Shown: positions 37,939 through 48,630, counted from the first letter of the stretch. The stretch: 64,000 nucleotides of DNA from a bacterium (GCA_965218795.1 OZ244653.1:2976001-3040000), one strand, 5' to 3'. Made by a program: numbers and translations. Notes: a model not told the origin generated them from the letters alone.

Positions 37939-40287
37939 TTGGTTGAGACCGCGGGTCTTTATTTCGGCAAGAGCCAGCCCCGGTTTGAGGACCCCCGGCT
38001 TCTCACCGGCCGGGGACGTTACGTCGATGATATCCAGCCGCCGCGGTGCCTGCACGCCGCCATCCTCCGCACGCCTCATGTCCACGCGAAGATATTGTCT
38101 ATCGATACTTCGGCCGCCCGGGCCCTGGAAGGCGTCGAGCTGGTCCTGACGTCGGATGACCTGGGCGGCCTGGCCGCTCCTCTTCCCCTGCTTGTCCCCC
38201 ATCCCACGCTGAAAGACCCGAGGACGCCCACGCCGCTGGCAGTCGGGAATGTCCGCTATGAGGGGGAGCCTGTGGCCGTGGTGGTGGCTGAAGACCGCTA
38301 CACCGCGGAGGACGCCGCCGAGCTCATCCACGTGGATTACGAGCCCCTGCCGCCGGTGACGGATGTCGAGGACGCGCTGGATGAGGGCGGGCCGCTGGTT
38401 CACGAGGACACAGGAAGCAACGTTGCGGCGGACTTTCTCCAGGTGGTCGGCGATCCCGACAAGGCGTTCTCTGATGCTGACGTGGTTGTGAGCAAGCGGT
38501 TTGTCGTCGACCGGGGGGCCTCCATCCCCATGGAAGGGCGGGGCGTGCTGGCCGAATGGAACGGGCGCGACCGGAAGCTCCAGATCCACGTTTCCACGCA
38601 GGCCCCTGTGCCGCTCCGTGCGGGACTCGCGCAGATGCTCGGCTTGCCCGAGCACGATGTGCGTCTCGTCGCACCGGACGTGGGCGGCGGGTTCGGGCCG
38701 AAGGCCATCATTTTTTATCCCGAAGAGATTCTGATCCCCTATTGCTCGATGCAGCTCGACCGGCCCGTCAAATGGATCGAGGACCGGCGGGAGCACTTCC
38801 TGGCAAGCACGCAGGAGCGGGTCCAGATTCACGATGCCGAAATCGCCTTCACGAAGGATGGAACCCTGCTGGGCGTGCGGGATGACTTCCTGATGGACGC
38901 GGGCGCTTATGTACCCTACGGACTGATCGTCGGGATTGTGACGAGCACCACCCTTCCCGGACCGTACCGGGTGCGGAACTACCGGTCGCGACTCCGCTCG
39001 ATTTATACGAACAGGATCACGGTGACCCCCTACCGCGGGGCCGGACGTCCCCACGCGGTCTTCGTCATCGAGAAACTGTTCGACGAGGCCGCCCGGGCCC
39101 TTGAGATGGATCCACTCGAGTTGCGGGAGAAAAACCTGATCCAGCCGGATGAATTCCCGTGGGATGTGCAGATGATCTATCAGGACACCTCCGATGTGAT
39201 CTATGACAGCGGAAATTATCCCGCCTGCCAGCGAACCGCCGCCGAAGCCATCGGGTACAGGGAATTCCAGGAAACCGGGAGGGCGGCCTACCGGAAGGAA
39301 GGGCGATACGTCGGCATCGGGGTGGCCAACTATGTCGAGGGAACCGGCATCGGCCCCTATGAGGGGGCGAAGGTCTATGTCGAGCCCACCGGGGACGTCT
39401 TCGTCGGGACCGGCAGCGGAGCGACGGGACAGGGGGCCGAGACCACGTTTGCCCAGATCGCCGCTGAAGCCCTCGGTGTGGGGCCGGAGCGAATTCGGGT
39501 TGCGACCAGCGATACCGACAAATTCCACTGGGGGGTCGGAAACTACGCCTCCAGGACCGCCGTTGTGACGGGCTCGGCCGTCCACAAGGCGGCGACCAAA
39601 GTGCGGGCCATGATGGCCAAAGTAGCCGCCGAGGAGCTGGAAGCCGATGCTGACAGTCTGGTATTCGAAGAGGGCTCCGTCTATGTCGAAGGGTCTCCCG
39701 CGAAGAAGCTGACGTTCCAGGATGTGGCCCGTCTGGCCAATCCGCTCCGGGGCAACCTGCCGTCGGATTTTGTCCCGGGTCTGGAAGCCACCGAATTCCA
39801 CGTCCCCAAAACGGCGTCGTATTCCAGCGGGACGCATGCGGTCATCGTGGAGGTTGATCCGAGCCGCTGCGACATCGAGGTTCTGAAATATGTCATCGTC
39901 CACGACTGTGGAAACATGATCAATCCGATGGTCGTCGACGGTCAGGTGAAGGGGGGCCTGGCGCAGGGGATGGGAGGCGCCTTCTTCGAAAAGCTGGTCT
40001 ACGACGAAGACAGCGGCGCCCTGCTGACGGCGAGCCTGATGGACTATTGCGTCCCGACCGCTTCGGAGGTCCCCGAGCCGGAAGTCCACCATTTGATCAC
40101 GCCCTCGCCCATGAATCCTCTTGGGGTGAAGGGCTGCGGCGAAGGCGGGACCATCCCCGCCCCGACCGTTATCGCGCAGGCCGTGCAGGACGCCCTTTCG
40201 GAATTTGGTATTCAGATTGACTCGATCCCGCTGAGCCCGAGGGTGCTGCATGACCTCCTGACGGCTGCGAGAGGGACGGAAGCATGA
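37939..40287 (+). CDS. Molybdopterin-binding large subunit, xanthine dehydrogenase/CoxL-like family
   Basis: R.ED.RLLTG.G.YVDD, GGGFGPK, PYRGAGRP and GVKGCGE motifs. Confidence 0.93.
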   Translation: MVETAGLYFGKSQPRFEDPRLLTGRGRYVDDIQPPRCLHAAILRTPHVHAKILSIDTSAARALEGVELVLTSDDLGGLAAPLPLLVPHPTLKDPRTPTPLAVGNVRYEGEPVAVVVAEDRYTAEDAAELIHVDYEPLPPVTDVEDALDEGGPLVHEDTGSNVAADFLQVVGDPDKAFSDADVVVSKRFVVDRGASIPMEGRGVLAEWNGRDRKLQIHVSTQAPVPLRAGLAQMLGLPEHDVRLVAPDVGGGFGPKAIIFYPEEILIPYCSMQLDRPVKWIEDRREHFLASTQERVQIHDAEIAFTKDGTLLGVRDDFLMDAGAYVPYGLIVGIVTSTTLPGPYRVRNYRSRLRSIYTNRITVTPYRGAGRPHAVFVIEKLFDEAARALEMDPLELREKNLIQPDEFPWDVQMIYQDTSDVIYDSGNYPACQRTAAEAIGYREFQETGRAAYRKEGRYVGIGVANYVEGTGIGPYEGAKVYVEPTGDVFVGTGSGATGQGAETTFAQIAAEALGVGPERIRVATSDTDKFHWGVGNYASRTAVVTGSAVHKAATKVRAMMAKVAAEELEADADSLVFEEGSVYVEGSPAKKLTFQDVARLANPLRGNLPSDFVPGLEATEFHVPKTASYSSGTHAVIVEVDPSRCDIEVLKYVIVHDCGNMINPMVVDGQVKGGLAQGMGGAFFEKLVYDEDSGALLTASLMDYCVPTASEVPEPEVHHLITPSPMNPLGVKGCGEGGTIPAPTVIAQAVQDALSEFGIQIDSIPLSPRVLHDLLTAARGTEA

Positions 40288-41162
40288 AGCCGGTCGCGTT
40301 CGATTACTTCGATCCCAGGAGCGTCGAGGAAACAATGGAACTCCTTGGCCGGCACGGTGAGGACGGAAAGCTTCTCGCCGGGGGGCAGAGCCTCGTTCCC
40401 TTGATGAATTTTCGCCTGGCCCGTCCGACCGCGTTGATCGATTTGAACAATGTCGATGAACTGGAGTACATCCGCGAGAGCGACGGACAGATCGAGATCG
40501 GCGCCATGACCCGGGACCGGGACATCGAAATCTCGCCCATCGTCCGGGAAAAGTGCGGCCTGCTGGCCCTGGCCTCCTCCTGGATCGGTCACGCGCAGAT
40601 CCGGAACCGGAGCACGATCGGGGGAGGAACGGCGCATAACGATCCGGCGGGCGAGATCCCCGCAGCGCTTCTTGCCCTGGACGCCCGCATCCTGATCCGC
40701 GATCAGGCCGGAGGCATCCGGGAAGAAGCTGCAGGGGATTTCTTTATCACCTATCTCACGACGACATTGGAGCCGACCGATCTGATCGTCGGAGTCCGTT
40801 TGCCTGCTCACCCGGCAGGCTCGGGATTCGCGGTCGAAGAGTTTGCGCGGCGAAGCGGCGATTTTGCCATCGCGGGCGTCATGGCCCGCGTCACGATTCA
40901 GAATGGAGTCTGTCAGGGGGCGAGGGTTTCCATGATGGGCGTGGGTCCGACAGCCGTTTTGGCGGCCGATGCCTGTGAGGCGCTCACGGGGGCCGAGCCG
41001 AAGTCGGAATTGATTGAAGAAGCCGCGAGGCTGGCGAGGGACGAAGCAGAGCCCGATGACGATATCCATGCGTCGGTCGATTTCCGGCGGGAATTGGTCG
41101 GGAACCTGGCGCGGGATTGCCTCACGACGGCCTTTCGCAATGCGGGGGCGGACCTGGGATGA
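40284..41162 (+). CDS. FAD-binding medium subunit (CoxM-like)
   Basis: AGGQSL.P..N.RLA.P, IRNR.TIGG and GDFA motifs. Confidence 0.93.
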   Translation: MKPVAFDYFDPRSVEETMELLGRHGEDGKLLAGGQSLVPLMNFRLARPTALIDLNNVDELEYIRESDGQIEIGAMTRDRDIEISPIVREKCGLLALASSWIGHAQIRNRSTIGGGTAHNDPAGEIPAALLALDARILIRDQAGGIREEAAGDFFITYLTTTLEPTDLIVGVRLPAHPAGSGFAVEEFARRSGDFAIAGVMARVTIQNGVCQGARVSMMGVGPTAVLAADACEALTGAEPKSELIEEAARLARDEAEPDDDIHASVDFRRELVGNLARDCLTTAFRNAGADLG

Positions 41163-41656
41163 GCCGCAAAAGGAACATCACGGTTGAAGTCAACGGCCGC
41201 GAAACGACCGCTGAGATACCGGTCCGGAAATTGCTCTGCGACTTCATCCGGGAGGACGCCGGATGGACCGGGACGCACATCGGCTGTGAGCATGGAGTCT
41301 GCGGCGCGTGCACCGTTCTGGTGGACGGAAGGGGCGTGCGATCCTGCCTGATGTTCGCGGTTCAGGCGGAGGGCCGCAAGGTCCAAACCGTCGAGAGTCT
41401 GGGCTCGCCCGAGAACCTGAGCCCGCTCCAGAAAGCCTTTCAGGACAAACACGGCCTCCAATGCGGCTTTTGCACGCCGGGATTCCTCATGACCCTGACG
41501 GAATTTCTGAATGATCATCCGAAACCCACGCGGGATGAGATCCGGGAGGCCATCTCAGGGAACCTCTGTCGGTGTACGGGGTATATGGGAATCATCGACG
41601 CCGTTTCGGCGTACGTAGAGTCATCGGCTGGTACCATCTCGGAAAGAGGCAAATGA
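41159..41656 (+). CDS. 2Fe-2S small subunit (CoxS-like)
   Basis: GCEHGVCGAC, QCGFCTPG and NLCRCTGY motifs. Confidence 0.95.
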   Translation: MSRKRNITVEVNGRETTAEIPVRKLLCDFIREDAGWTGTHIGCEHGVCGACTVLVDGRGVRSCLMFAVQAEGRKVQTVESLGSPENLSPLQKAFQDKHGLQCGFCTPGFLMTLTEFLNDHPKPTRDEIREAISGNLCRCTGYMGIIDAVSAYVESSAGTISERGK

Positions 41657-42014
41657 GACGGATGGAGAACAGGTCAGCGATGACCTTCTCCCATCCGCGT
41701 GGATCGAAGGAAAGTCAAGCCAAGGGAATTCCTGAGCGATCAGGCCGAGAGCATCGCTCGGTCGCAGAAAGCTTCTTGGGGGCAGGGAGACACGCTGTGT
41801 CAGGTTTCTGAACTGGTGATCCTGCCGCCAAGAAGGCTATCGAAGGCCGTGCACCACAGACGAATTGAATGAGGCCGAGAGCCTCAACCGCCGAATGGCC
41901 GGCACGCAAGCGCCCCAGAAAGCCCCCTGAAGAATTCTCGATGGTTTGGCGCTTTCATTCAGAGCAAACACGATTGCCCAAGGATTCGAACGGCCCGGGG
42001 GAGGGAGAGACGAC

Positions 42015-43364
42015 ATGAATCTCGATACGGTTATCCACAACGCTGTCGTAATCAACGCCCACGGCCGGTTCGAGGGATGGATCGGAATTGCGGGCGAGAA
42101 GGTGGCGGCCTGTTCAGCCGACGCCGATCCGCCCTCCGCCGGAGAAGTCATCGATGCGGGTGGAAGGTGGCTGGTGCCGGGGGTCGTAGACTCACATTGC
42201 CATTGGGACTGGCCCGACTGGCCGATCGAGGAAGGCATCCGGTGCACGTCGAACGCCGTCACCGGCGGAGTGACGACGAACATGCACATGATGATCGAGC
42301 CCGGCAGCCTCGTGGAAGGGATTCAGCGCCGGAAGGCGAAGTGGGAGGAGCTGGCCTTCGCCGACGCAACCGTTCACGCCGTCGTCTTCTCTCTCAAGCA
42401 CGTGGAAGAGATCCCCAAGGTCGCCCAGATGGGGATCCCCTCGTTCAAATTCTTCATGCCATACCGGGGTTCCGAGGCCGTCCCGCCGCTGGAACCGACC
42501 GATGACGGAACCGTCTGGAAGGGCCTGGAGGCGATCGCCGCTCTTGGCGAAAAGGCCATCGCGCTGGTTCATTGCGAGAATATCGAGCCCATCTTCGTCA
42601 TCAAGGACGAACTGATGGCCTCGGGGCGGGATGATTTCCAATGGCGTGACGTCCGGCCGAACTTCACCGAGGAAGAGGCGATGTGGCGGATCTGCTACTT
42701 CGCCCAGCTCACGGGAGCCACGCTCTACATCGTGCACATCACCATCAAGGAAGGACCCGACGTTCTGCTTGATGCCAGAAAGCGGGGCATACGACTCATC
42801 GGCGAGACCTGTCCCCACTACCTTACTCTCGCGGCTGAGGATACGGACCGGGTGCTCGGAAAATGCAATCCACCGCTTCGCACGCACGAAGACAACGAGG
42901 CGCTCTGGGCGGCCATTCAGGCGGGACACATTACGGTCGTGGGCTCGGACCACGCGCCGGACGCCGTCAAGCATAAGCCGAATTTCTGGGACGCCATCGT
43001 GGGGTCGGCGGGGCTGGAGACCATGCTTCCGGTGATGACGCACTACGGTGTGCACGCCGGCCGGATTTCGGCCGAAAAGATGGTGGACCTGATTTCGACG
43101 GCGCCCGCGAAGACCTTTGGCCTTTATCCAGACAAAGGAGTGATCGCGCCGGGCTCGGACGCCGATCTGGTCATCGTCAACCCTGACCGCGAGGTCACCA
43201 TCCGGGCGGCGGACCTGAATCACATTTCCGACTGTTCCCCATGGGAAGGGAAGACGGTCAAAGGTTGGCCAGAGTTCACGATGGTTCGGGGGCGGGTCTG
43301 TGCGCGGGACGGGGAGATCACCGGGAAGCCGGGGACCGGGAAGTTCCTGGAACGGGCGTATTAA
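42015..43364 (+). CDS. Cyclic amidohydrolase (dihydropyrimidinase/allantoinase family)
   Basis: PG.VDSHCH, SFK, HCEN, ETCPHYL, NPPLR and GSDHAP motifs. Confidence 0.9.
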   Translation: MNLDTVIHNAVVINAHGRFEGWIGIAGEKVAACSADADPPSAGEVIDAGGRWLVPGVVDSHCHWDWPDWPIEEGIRCTSNAVTGGVTTNMHMMIEPGSLVEGIQRRKAKWEELAFADATVHAVVFSLKHVEEIPKVAQMGIPSFKFFMPYRGSEAVPPLEPTDDGTVWKGLEAIAALGEKAIALVHCENIEPIFVIKDELMASGRDDFQWRDVRPNFTEEEAMWRICYFAQLTGATLYIVHITIKEGPDVLLDARKRGIRLIGETCPHYLTLAAEDTDRVLGKCNPPLRTHEDNEALWAAIQAGHITVVGSDHAPDAVKHKPNFWDAIVGSAGLETMLPVMTHYGVHAGRISAEKMVDLISTAPAKTFGLYPDKGVIAPGSDADLVIVNPDREVTIRAADLNHISDCSPWEGKTVKGWPEFTMVRGRVCARDGEITGKPGTGKFLERAY

Positions 43365-43757
43365 GCCCGGGACATATCAAGAATCACCGTTTTTCCCCGA
43401 GGTTTTTTTTTGGGGCTCTCGCGTGCCGGCCATTTCCCGGATGAGATGATGCGGAGGGCGGTTTTTGAAAAGCGTTTCCCCACATTCCGGACAAGGAGTC
43501 CTCGTTCCGCGCCGAACCGTCACATGGTCGGTCAGATTCCTTCTCGCCGCGAGTAGGCCAAGCCTACAGCTTGGCCGTCAGGAGTTTTCGATGGGGTCCG
43601 GGAGGACGGTTTTTAAAATGCCCCCAGGAAATAGGTCGTCGAGTGTTGCCTGGCTGGTTGGGGTGGTCGCCGCTCAATATATGTTAGGATTGGAAATGAT
43701 ATGGCATCGAAGAGACGTAGGTGCGATGGCGCATAAGGGGAGGTTACGGATTTGGTG

Positions 43758-44621
43758 ATGAGGCCATTTGAGTACACGTCCCCTGGGAGTTTGGAAGAGG
43801 CGCTTTCGGTGTTGTCGGTGGCGGATTCGGATTGGCACGTTTTGTCTGGTGGAACGAACCTGGTGGTGGAGTTGCGGGACCGTAAGAAGAGTCCTTCGGT
43901 GGTGGTGGACATCAGTTTTTTGGAGGACCTTCGGTACATTCGGGAGGAAGGAGAGAGGATACTCATTGGTGCCCGTGCGAGCGTGGAGGACCTGCTTCGC
44001 TCAGAGTTGATCCGGGAGCGGGCGGGTATTCTTCGGGAGTGCGCGCTGAACTTTGCGGGTCCTCCGATTCGGAACCGGGCGACGGTGGCGGGCAACGTCG
44101 TGGACGCCTCTCCGGCAGCGGACTGCGTGCCTCCTCTTCAGGCGCTGGACGCGGTGGCGGTTTTGCGGAGCGCGGGCGGGGAGCGTCGCGTGGGGCTTCA
44201 GGAGTTTGTGACGGGTGTTCGCGAGACGGTTCGTCGTCCGGACGAGTTGTTGGTGGAGCTTTCGTTTTCGGGTCTGGACGGTGAATCGGGCTACGGGTAT
44301 TACAAGCTGGGCCGTCGCAAGGCGATGGCGATTTCCGTGGTGAGCGCGGCGGTGGTACTTCGGATGTCCGGGGGTCGTTGCCGTAGTGCGGGGATATCGC
44401 TGGGCGCGGCGTCTCCGGTCCCGATACGAGTGGGTGCGGCGGAGTCTTTGCTGAGTCAGGGTGGTTTTGTGTCAGATGCGTTGATCGAGGAGTGCGGTCG
44501 GTTGGCGGGTTCGGCCTCTTGTCCGATCGATGACATACGGGCCTCGGGGGAGTATCGCCGTTTGATGTGCGAGGTGCTGACGAAGCGTTTGCTTCGTCGA
44601 GCGCTGGGCCGGGAGGGTTGA
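43758..44621 (+). CDS. Xanthine-dehydrogenase-family FAD-binding subunit
   Basis: GGTNL, IRNRAT.AGN..ASPAAD and PIDDIRAS..YR motifs. Confidence 0.92.
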   Translation: MRPFEYTSPGSLEEALSVLSVADSDWHVLSGGTNLVVELRDRKKSPSVVVDISFLEDLRYIREEGERILIGARASVEDLLRSELIRERAGILRECALNFAGPPIRNRATVAGNVVDASPAADCVPPLQALDAVAVLRSAGGERRVGLQEFVTGVRETVRRPDELLVELSFSGLDGESGYGYYKLGRRKAMAISVVSAAVVLRMSGGRCRSAGISLGAASPVPIRVGAAESLLSQGGFVSDALIEECGRLAGSASCPIDDIRASGEYRRLMCEVLTKRLLRRALGREG

Positions 44622-44625
44622 GGGT

Positions 44626-45099
44626 ATGGATCGAGAGCGGACGGTCCGGTTTGAGTTGAACGGTGAGTTGGTGGAGCGGCGTTTTCGGGTGAACGAGTCG
44701 CTGTTGAACGCGCTTCGTTACGAGTTGGGCGCAACGGAGGTGAAGAACGGTTGCGAGAAGGGTGACTGCGGGGCCTGCGTGGTTCTGGTGGACGGTCGCG
44801 CGGAGAACACGTGCTGCATGCTGGCGGTGCAGGCGGCGGGCAAGGTGGTGGAGACGGTGAAGGGGATGGGGAGCGTGGAGTCGCTTCATCCTCTTCAGGA
44901 GTCGTTCATCGAGTTGGGTGCGATCCAGTGCGGTTTTTGTACGCCGGGGATGCTGTGCGCGGCGAAGGGACTGTTGTCGGAGTACCCGGCGGCGAGTCGG
45001 GACGAGATCAAGGTGGGGATATCGGGCAATCTGTGCCGCTGCACGGGGTATGTGAAGATCATCGACGCCATCGAGGCCGTCGTCCAGGGAAAGTATTGA
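44626..45099 (+). CDS. Xanthine-dehydrogenase-family 2Fe-2S subunit
   Basis: GCEKGDCGAC, QCGFCTPG and NLCRCTGY motifs. Confidence 0.94.
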   Translation: MDRERTVRFELNGELVERRFRVNESLLNALRYELGATEVKNGCEKGDCGACVVLVDGRAENTCCMLAVQAAGKVVETVKGMGSVESLHPLQESFIELGAIQCGFCTPGMLCAAKGLLSEYPAASRDEIKVGISGNLCRCTGYVKIIDAIEAVVQGKY

Positions 45100-45195
45100 C
45101 GATGCCACAACGGAGGGACGCTCGATTCATCGCCATCAGGAAGATTGAGGGATGGGGTTGGCGGAGCGTCCGCCTTCCGGCCTCGTTCTCTCTCC

Positions 45196-46310
45196 TAGTG
45201 GACTGTAACATTGAGATAGCCAGTAATGTTTGGTACAGTATCATGCATGCCAAACACCCCCATTCAGCTGACTTCCGATGAAAGAGAAGAACTGCAACGG
45301 CGATCCCGTTCGCGCGTGCTGCGGTCCGAAGACGTCCGACGAGCCCAAGTCATTCTGATGCTCGATGCCGGGGAGTCCTATTTGAGGATCCAGCGCGCCG
45401 TGGGCTGCGATGCCCGGTATGTGAGCCGATGGAAGACCCGGTTCCAACAAGAGGGACTGGCCGGCTTGTATTCCAGACATTGCGGTCGAGCGGTTCACAA
45501 GCGCACCCCCCGGCTGGAGGCTCGGATTCTGGACTGGACCAGGCGCCGACCACCGGACGGAGCGACGCACTGGAGTAGTCGCAAGCTGGCGCGGCAGTTG
45601 GGCACCAACCACATGATGGTGGCCCGGGTTTGGAAACGTGCGGGTCTGCAACCCCACCGCATTCAACGTTACATGGCATCGAATGATCCGGACTTTGAGA
45701 AGAAGGCGGCCGATATCATTGGCCTCTATGTCAACCCGCCGCAACACGCCGCCGTTTTCTGTGTGGATGAAAAAACCGCCATTCAGGCCTTGGACCGATT
45801 CGATCCCGTGTTGCCGCTTTCTCCGGGTCGCGCCGAGCGTCACGGTTTCGAGTATTACCGGCACGGAACGCTCTCGCTGTATGCGGCCCTGAATACAAAG
45901 ACCGGCGAGGTCATCGGCAAGACCGCAGCGAGGCACACCAGCGAGGCCTTTGTGGCTTTCCTTTCTGGCATCGTGGCCAGACAACCCAAGCGGCGTGAAA
46001 TTCACATCATCGCAGACAATCTGTCGGCTCATAAGAGCCGCCGCGTGCGACAGTTTCTTGACGCTCACCCGCGCGTGCATTTGCATTTCACCCCAACTTA
46101 TTCCTCTTGGTTGAATCAGGTCGAAATCTGGTTCGCAAAAATCCAACGCGACGTCATTGCCCGCGGCGTCTTCACTTCGGTTCCTGATTTGGCTCGAAAA
46201 CTGATGCGCTATATTCGACAGTGCAACAAGAAACCCAAACCCATCAAGTGGAGCTATACTGATGGCTCACGGCGAATCACCACTAGCAAAGTCTCTGTTA
46301 CAAGGTACTA
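45196..46310 (+). mobile_element. IS630-family insertion sequence
   Basis: Ends CTAGTGGACTGTAACA / TGTTACAAGGTACTAG form an imperfect inverted repeat with a TA/CTAG target on both sides. Confidence 0.88.
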
Positions 46311-46311
46311 G
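45247..46311 (+). CDS. IS630 transposase (apparently intact)
   Basis: THWS.R.LA, VDEK, Y.RHGT, ADN...HK and TPTYSSWLNQVE motifs. Confidence 0.94.
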   Translation: MPNTPIQLTSDEREELQRRSRSRVLRSEDVRRAQVILMLDAGESYLRIQRAVGCDARYVSRWKTRFQQEGLAGLYSRHCGRAVHKRTPRLEARILDWTRRRPPDGATHWSSRKLARQLGTNHMMVARVWKRAGLQPHRIQRYMASNDPDFEKKAADIIGLYVNPPQHAAVFCVDEKTAIQALDRFDPVLPLSPGRAERHGFEYYRHGTLSLYAALNTKTGEVIGKTAARHTSEAFVAFLSGIVARQPKRREIHIIADNLSAHKSRRVRQFLDAHPRVHLHFTPTYSSWLNQVEIWFAKIQRDVIARGVFTSVPDLARKLMRYIRQCNKKPKPIKWSYTDGSRRITTSKVSVTRY

Positions 46312-46335
46312 ACAGCTAGACAGGAGGTCGAGCTC

Positions 46336-48609
46336 ATGGAGGCTCTGAAGGTTGTTGGACAAAGCTTGCCGTTGAAGGACGCCACCGACAAGGCGGCCGG
46401 GACCGGCATGTACACGGTGGATATGTCCTTCCCGGGCATGCTGTACGGCAAGGTCCTTCGGAGCCCCCACGCCCATGCCCGAATCGTCAACATCGACGCG
46501 TCCAAGGCGCGCGCGCTGCCCGGCGTCAAGGCCGTCATCACGCCGGACGACGTGCCCCGGAACCCGTTCACAACGGCGGGACATCCGCCGCCTGATCCGA
46601 CGCCCGACGACCAGTTCATTCTCGATCACAAGGTCCGGTACGTGGGGGACAAGGTGGCCGCCCTGGCCGCCGTTTCCAACGAGGTCGCCCTGGAGGCCCT
46701 GGACCTCATCCAGGTCGAGTACGAAACGCTTCCGGCGTACTTCGATCCCCGAGACAGCTTGGCGGACGATGCGATCGACATTCACGATAACCTGGAGCAC
46801 GGCAGGAACACGGCGGGCTACATCCGCATGGAGGAAGGGGACGTTGAGAAAGGCTTCGCCGAGGCCGATCACGTGGTGGAGACGGTATGCGAGGTCCCCG
46901 GCCAGGCCCATTCGATGCTGGAACCCGTTGTCGCCCTGGCTCATTGGGAGACCGGCGGAAAGATCAACGTCTGGTCTTCTACGCAAATCCCCTTCACCCT
47001 TCGGCGGCTGATGCACGACGCCCTGGGCGTCCCGATCCGGAAGATCAGAGTGTATATGCCCATCGTCGGCGGAGGGTTCGGCTGCAAGCAGGACATGCAG
47101 GAGGAGCCTCTGTGCGCGCTTCTGTCCAAGGCGGCCGGGTATCGCCCCGTCAAGCTGGAATACACCCGCGAGGAGACCTTCTGCTCCTCCCGGATTCGCC
47201 ATCCCTACATTATGAAATCCAAGACGGGCCTGAAAAAGGATGGGACCATCACCGCCCGCTACCTGCACGCCCTCGCCAATACGGGCGCATTCAGCAGCCA
47301 CGGCCCCATCGTCACGGCGTATATGGGGGCGATGTGGCTCGCGCTGTACCGTTCGCCGCACCTCCTCTTTGAAGGCCAAACGGTCTATACGAACCTGACG
47401 ATTGCGGGGGCCTTCCGCGGCTACGGCGTCCCGCAGGGGACCTACGCCTGCGAGCTGCACATGGATCAAGTGGCGGCCGAAATGGGCATCGACCCGCTCG
47501 ACCTTCGTCGGGCGAACCACGTCCAATCCGGAGACATCCACCCAGCCACCAAGTGGAAGATTGAATCGTGCGAGCTTCGAAAGTGTATTGACTTGGGGGC
47601 GGAGGCCATCGGCTGGAATGAGAAACGCAACCGGAACGGCGGCGGCAGGCTGCACGGGGTCGGCGCAGCCATCTTCACCATCGCCAGCGGGGCGGCGCCG
47701 TTTGCGCTGGAAGCCTCCTCCGCCACAGTGCGCGTGCTCGAGGACGGGGGGCTCCATCTGAACATGGGGATTTCCGACACGGGCCAAGGTGTCGAGACCA
47801 CCATGGCGCAGATTGCGGCCGAGTCGTTCGGCGTCTCTTTGGACAAGGTGGAAACCAACCGGATAGTGGATACGGACACCTCACCCTACGACAACGGGGC
47901 CTATGCCACCCGGCAGGCCTACGTCTCAGGGATGGCGGCCAAGCTGGCGGCCGCGGAGGCCCGCAAGATGGTTCTGAAGCACGCTTCGAAGATGCTGGAA
48001 GCGGCCGTCGACGATTTGGACATCTCAGAGGACCAAGTCGTGGTCCAGGGCGCGCCGGACAAGGCCGTCGGCATCGGGGAGGTAGCCTTCGACGCCCAGT
48101 ACGGGGGGACGCCGCATGAGCTCGTCGGCCGCAGTGACTACACCCCGCCGACGAACGCGCCGCCGTTCGGCGCGCAGTTCGCCGAGGTGGAGGTGGATCC
48201 GGAAACCGGAGAAGTCCGCCTGCTGAATTTTGTCGCAGCCCACGACGTCGGCCGGGCCCTGAACCCCGTGGTCGTCCAGGGACAGGTCGAGGGCGGCGTG
48301 GCCCAGGGGATCGGGTACGGGATGATGGAGGAGATGGTGTTCGACGCCGAGACGGGAAGAACGCTGACCTCTGACTTCGCCCAGTATGAGATTCCGACGT
48401 CGATGGACACGCCCGAGATCGAACCGCTGCTGATCGAGGAGGGCGAGCCGACCGGCCCGTACGGCGCCAAGGGTGTGGGCGAGCCCGGAATCGTGCCGAC
48501 CGCTCCGGCCATCGCCAACGCCGTCTTCAACGCCATCGGCGTTCCCGTGAACGAGTTGCCGGTGACGGCGGAGCGGGTACTCGAAGCGCTTCGGGCAAAG
48601 AACGGTTGA
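46336..48609 (+). CDS. Xanthine-dehydrogenase-family molybdopterin-binding subunit
   Basis: RSPHAHA, GGGFG.K, AFRGYG.PQ, GQG..T and GAKGVGE motifs. Confidence 0.94.
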   Translation: MEALKVVGQSLPLKDATDKAAGTGMYTVDMSFPGMLYGKVLRSPHAHARIVNIDASKARALPGVKAVITPDDVPRNPFTTAGHPPPDPTPDDQFILDHKVRYVGDKVAALAAVSNEVALEALDLIQVEYETLPAYFDPRDSLADDAIDIHDNLEHGRNTAGYIRMEEGDVEKGFAEADHVVETVCEVPGQAHSMLEPVVALAHWETGGKINVWSSTQIPFTLRRLMHDALGVPIRKIRVYMPIVGGGFGCKQDMQEEPLCALLSKAAGYRPVKLEYTREETFCSSRIRHPYIMKSKTGLKKDGTITARYLHALANTGAFSSHGPIVTAYMGAMWLALYRSPHLLFEGQTVYTNLTIAGAFRGYGVPQGTYACELHMDQVAAEMGIDPLDLRRANHVQSGDIHPATKWKIESCELRKCIDLGAEAIGWNEKRNRNGGGRLHGVGAAIFTIASGAAPFALEASSATVRVLEDGGLHLNMGISDTGQGVETTMAQIAAESFGVSLDKVETNRIVDTDTSPYDNGAYATRQAYVSGMAAKLAAAEARKMVLKHASKMLEAAVDDLDISEDQVVVQGAPDKAVGIGEVAFDAQYGGTPHELVGRSDYTPPTNAPPFGAQFAEVEVDPETGEVRLLNFVAAHDVGRALNPVVVQGQVEGGVAQGIGYGMMEEMVFDAETGRTLTSDFAQYEIPTSMDTPEIEPLLIEEGEPTGPYGAKGVGEPGIVPTAPAIANAVFNAIGVPVNELPVTAERVLEALRAKNG

Positions 48610-48630
48610 AATCAGTTGGATTGAGGAACC

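Noticed and set aside
37807-40335. 842-aa minus-strand ORF, and similar long ORFs at 54441-56411, 46267-47787 and 57944-59152
   Set aside because: Antisense shadows of well-supported GC-rich genes, with no recognisable motifs.
37939-41656. Aerobic CO dehydrogenase (form I coxMSL)
   Set aside because: The active-site loop is PYRGAGR rather than AYXCSFR, the order is L-M-S, and no cox accessory genes are present.
41658-41698. Hairpin downstream of the CoxS-like gene as a riboswitch or ncRNA
   Set aside because: A single stem-loop without recognisable aptamer motifs; at most an mRNA-stabilising or terminating structure.
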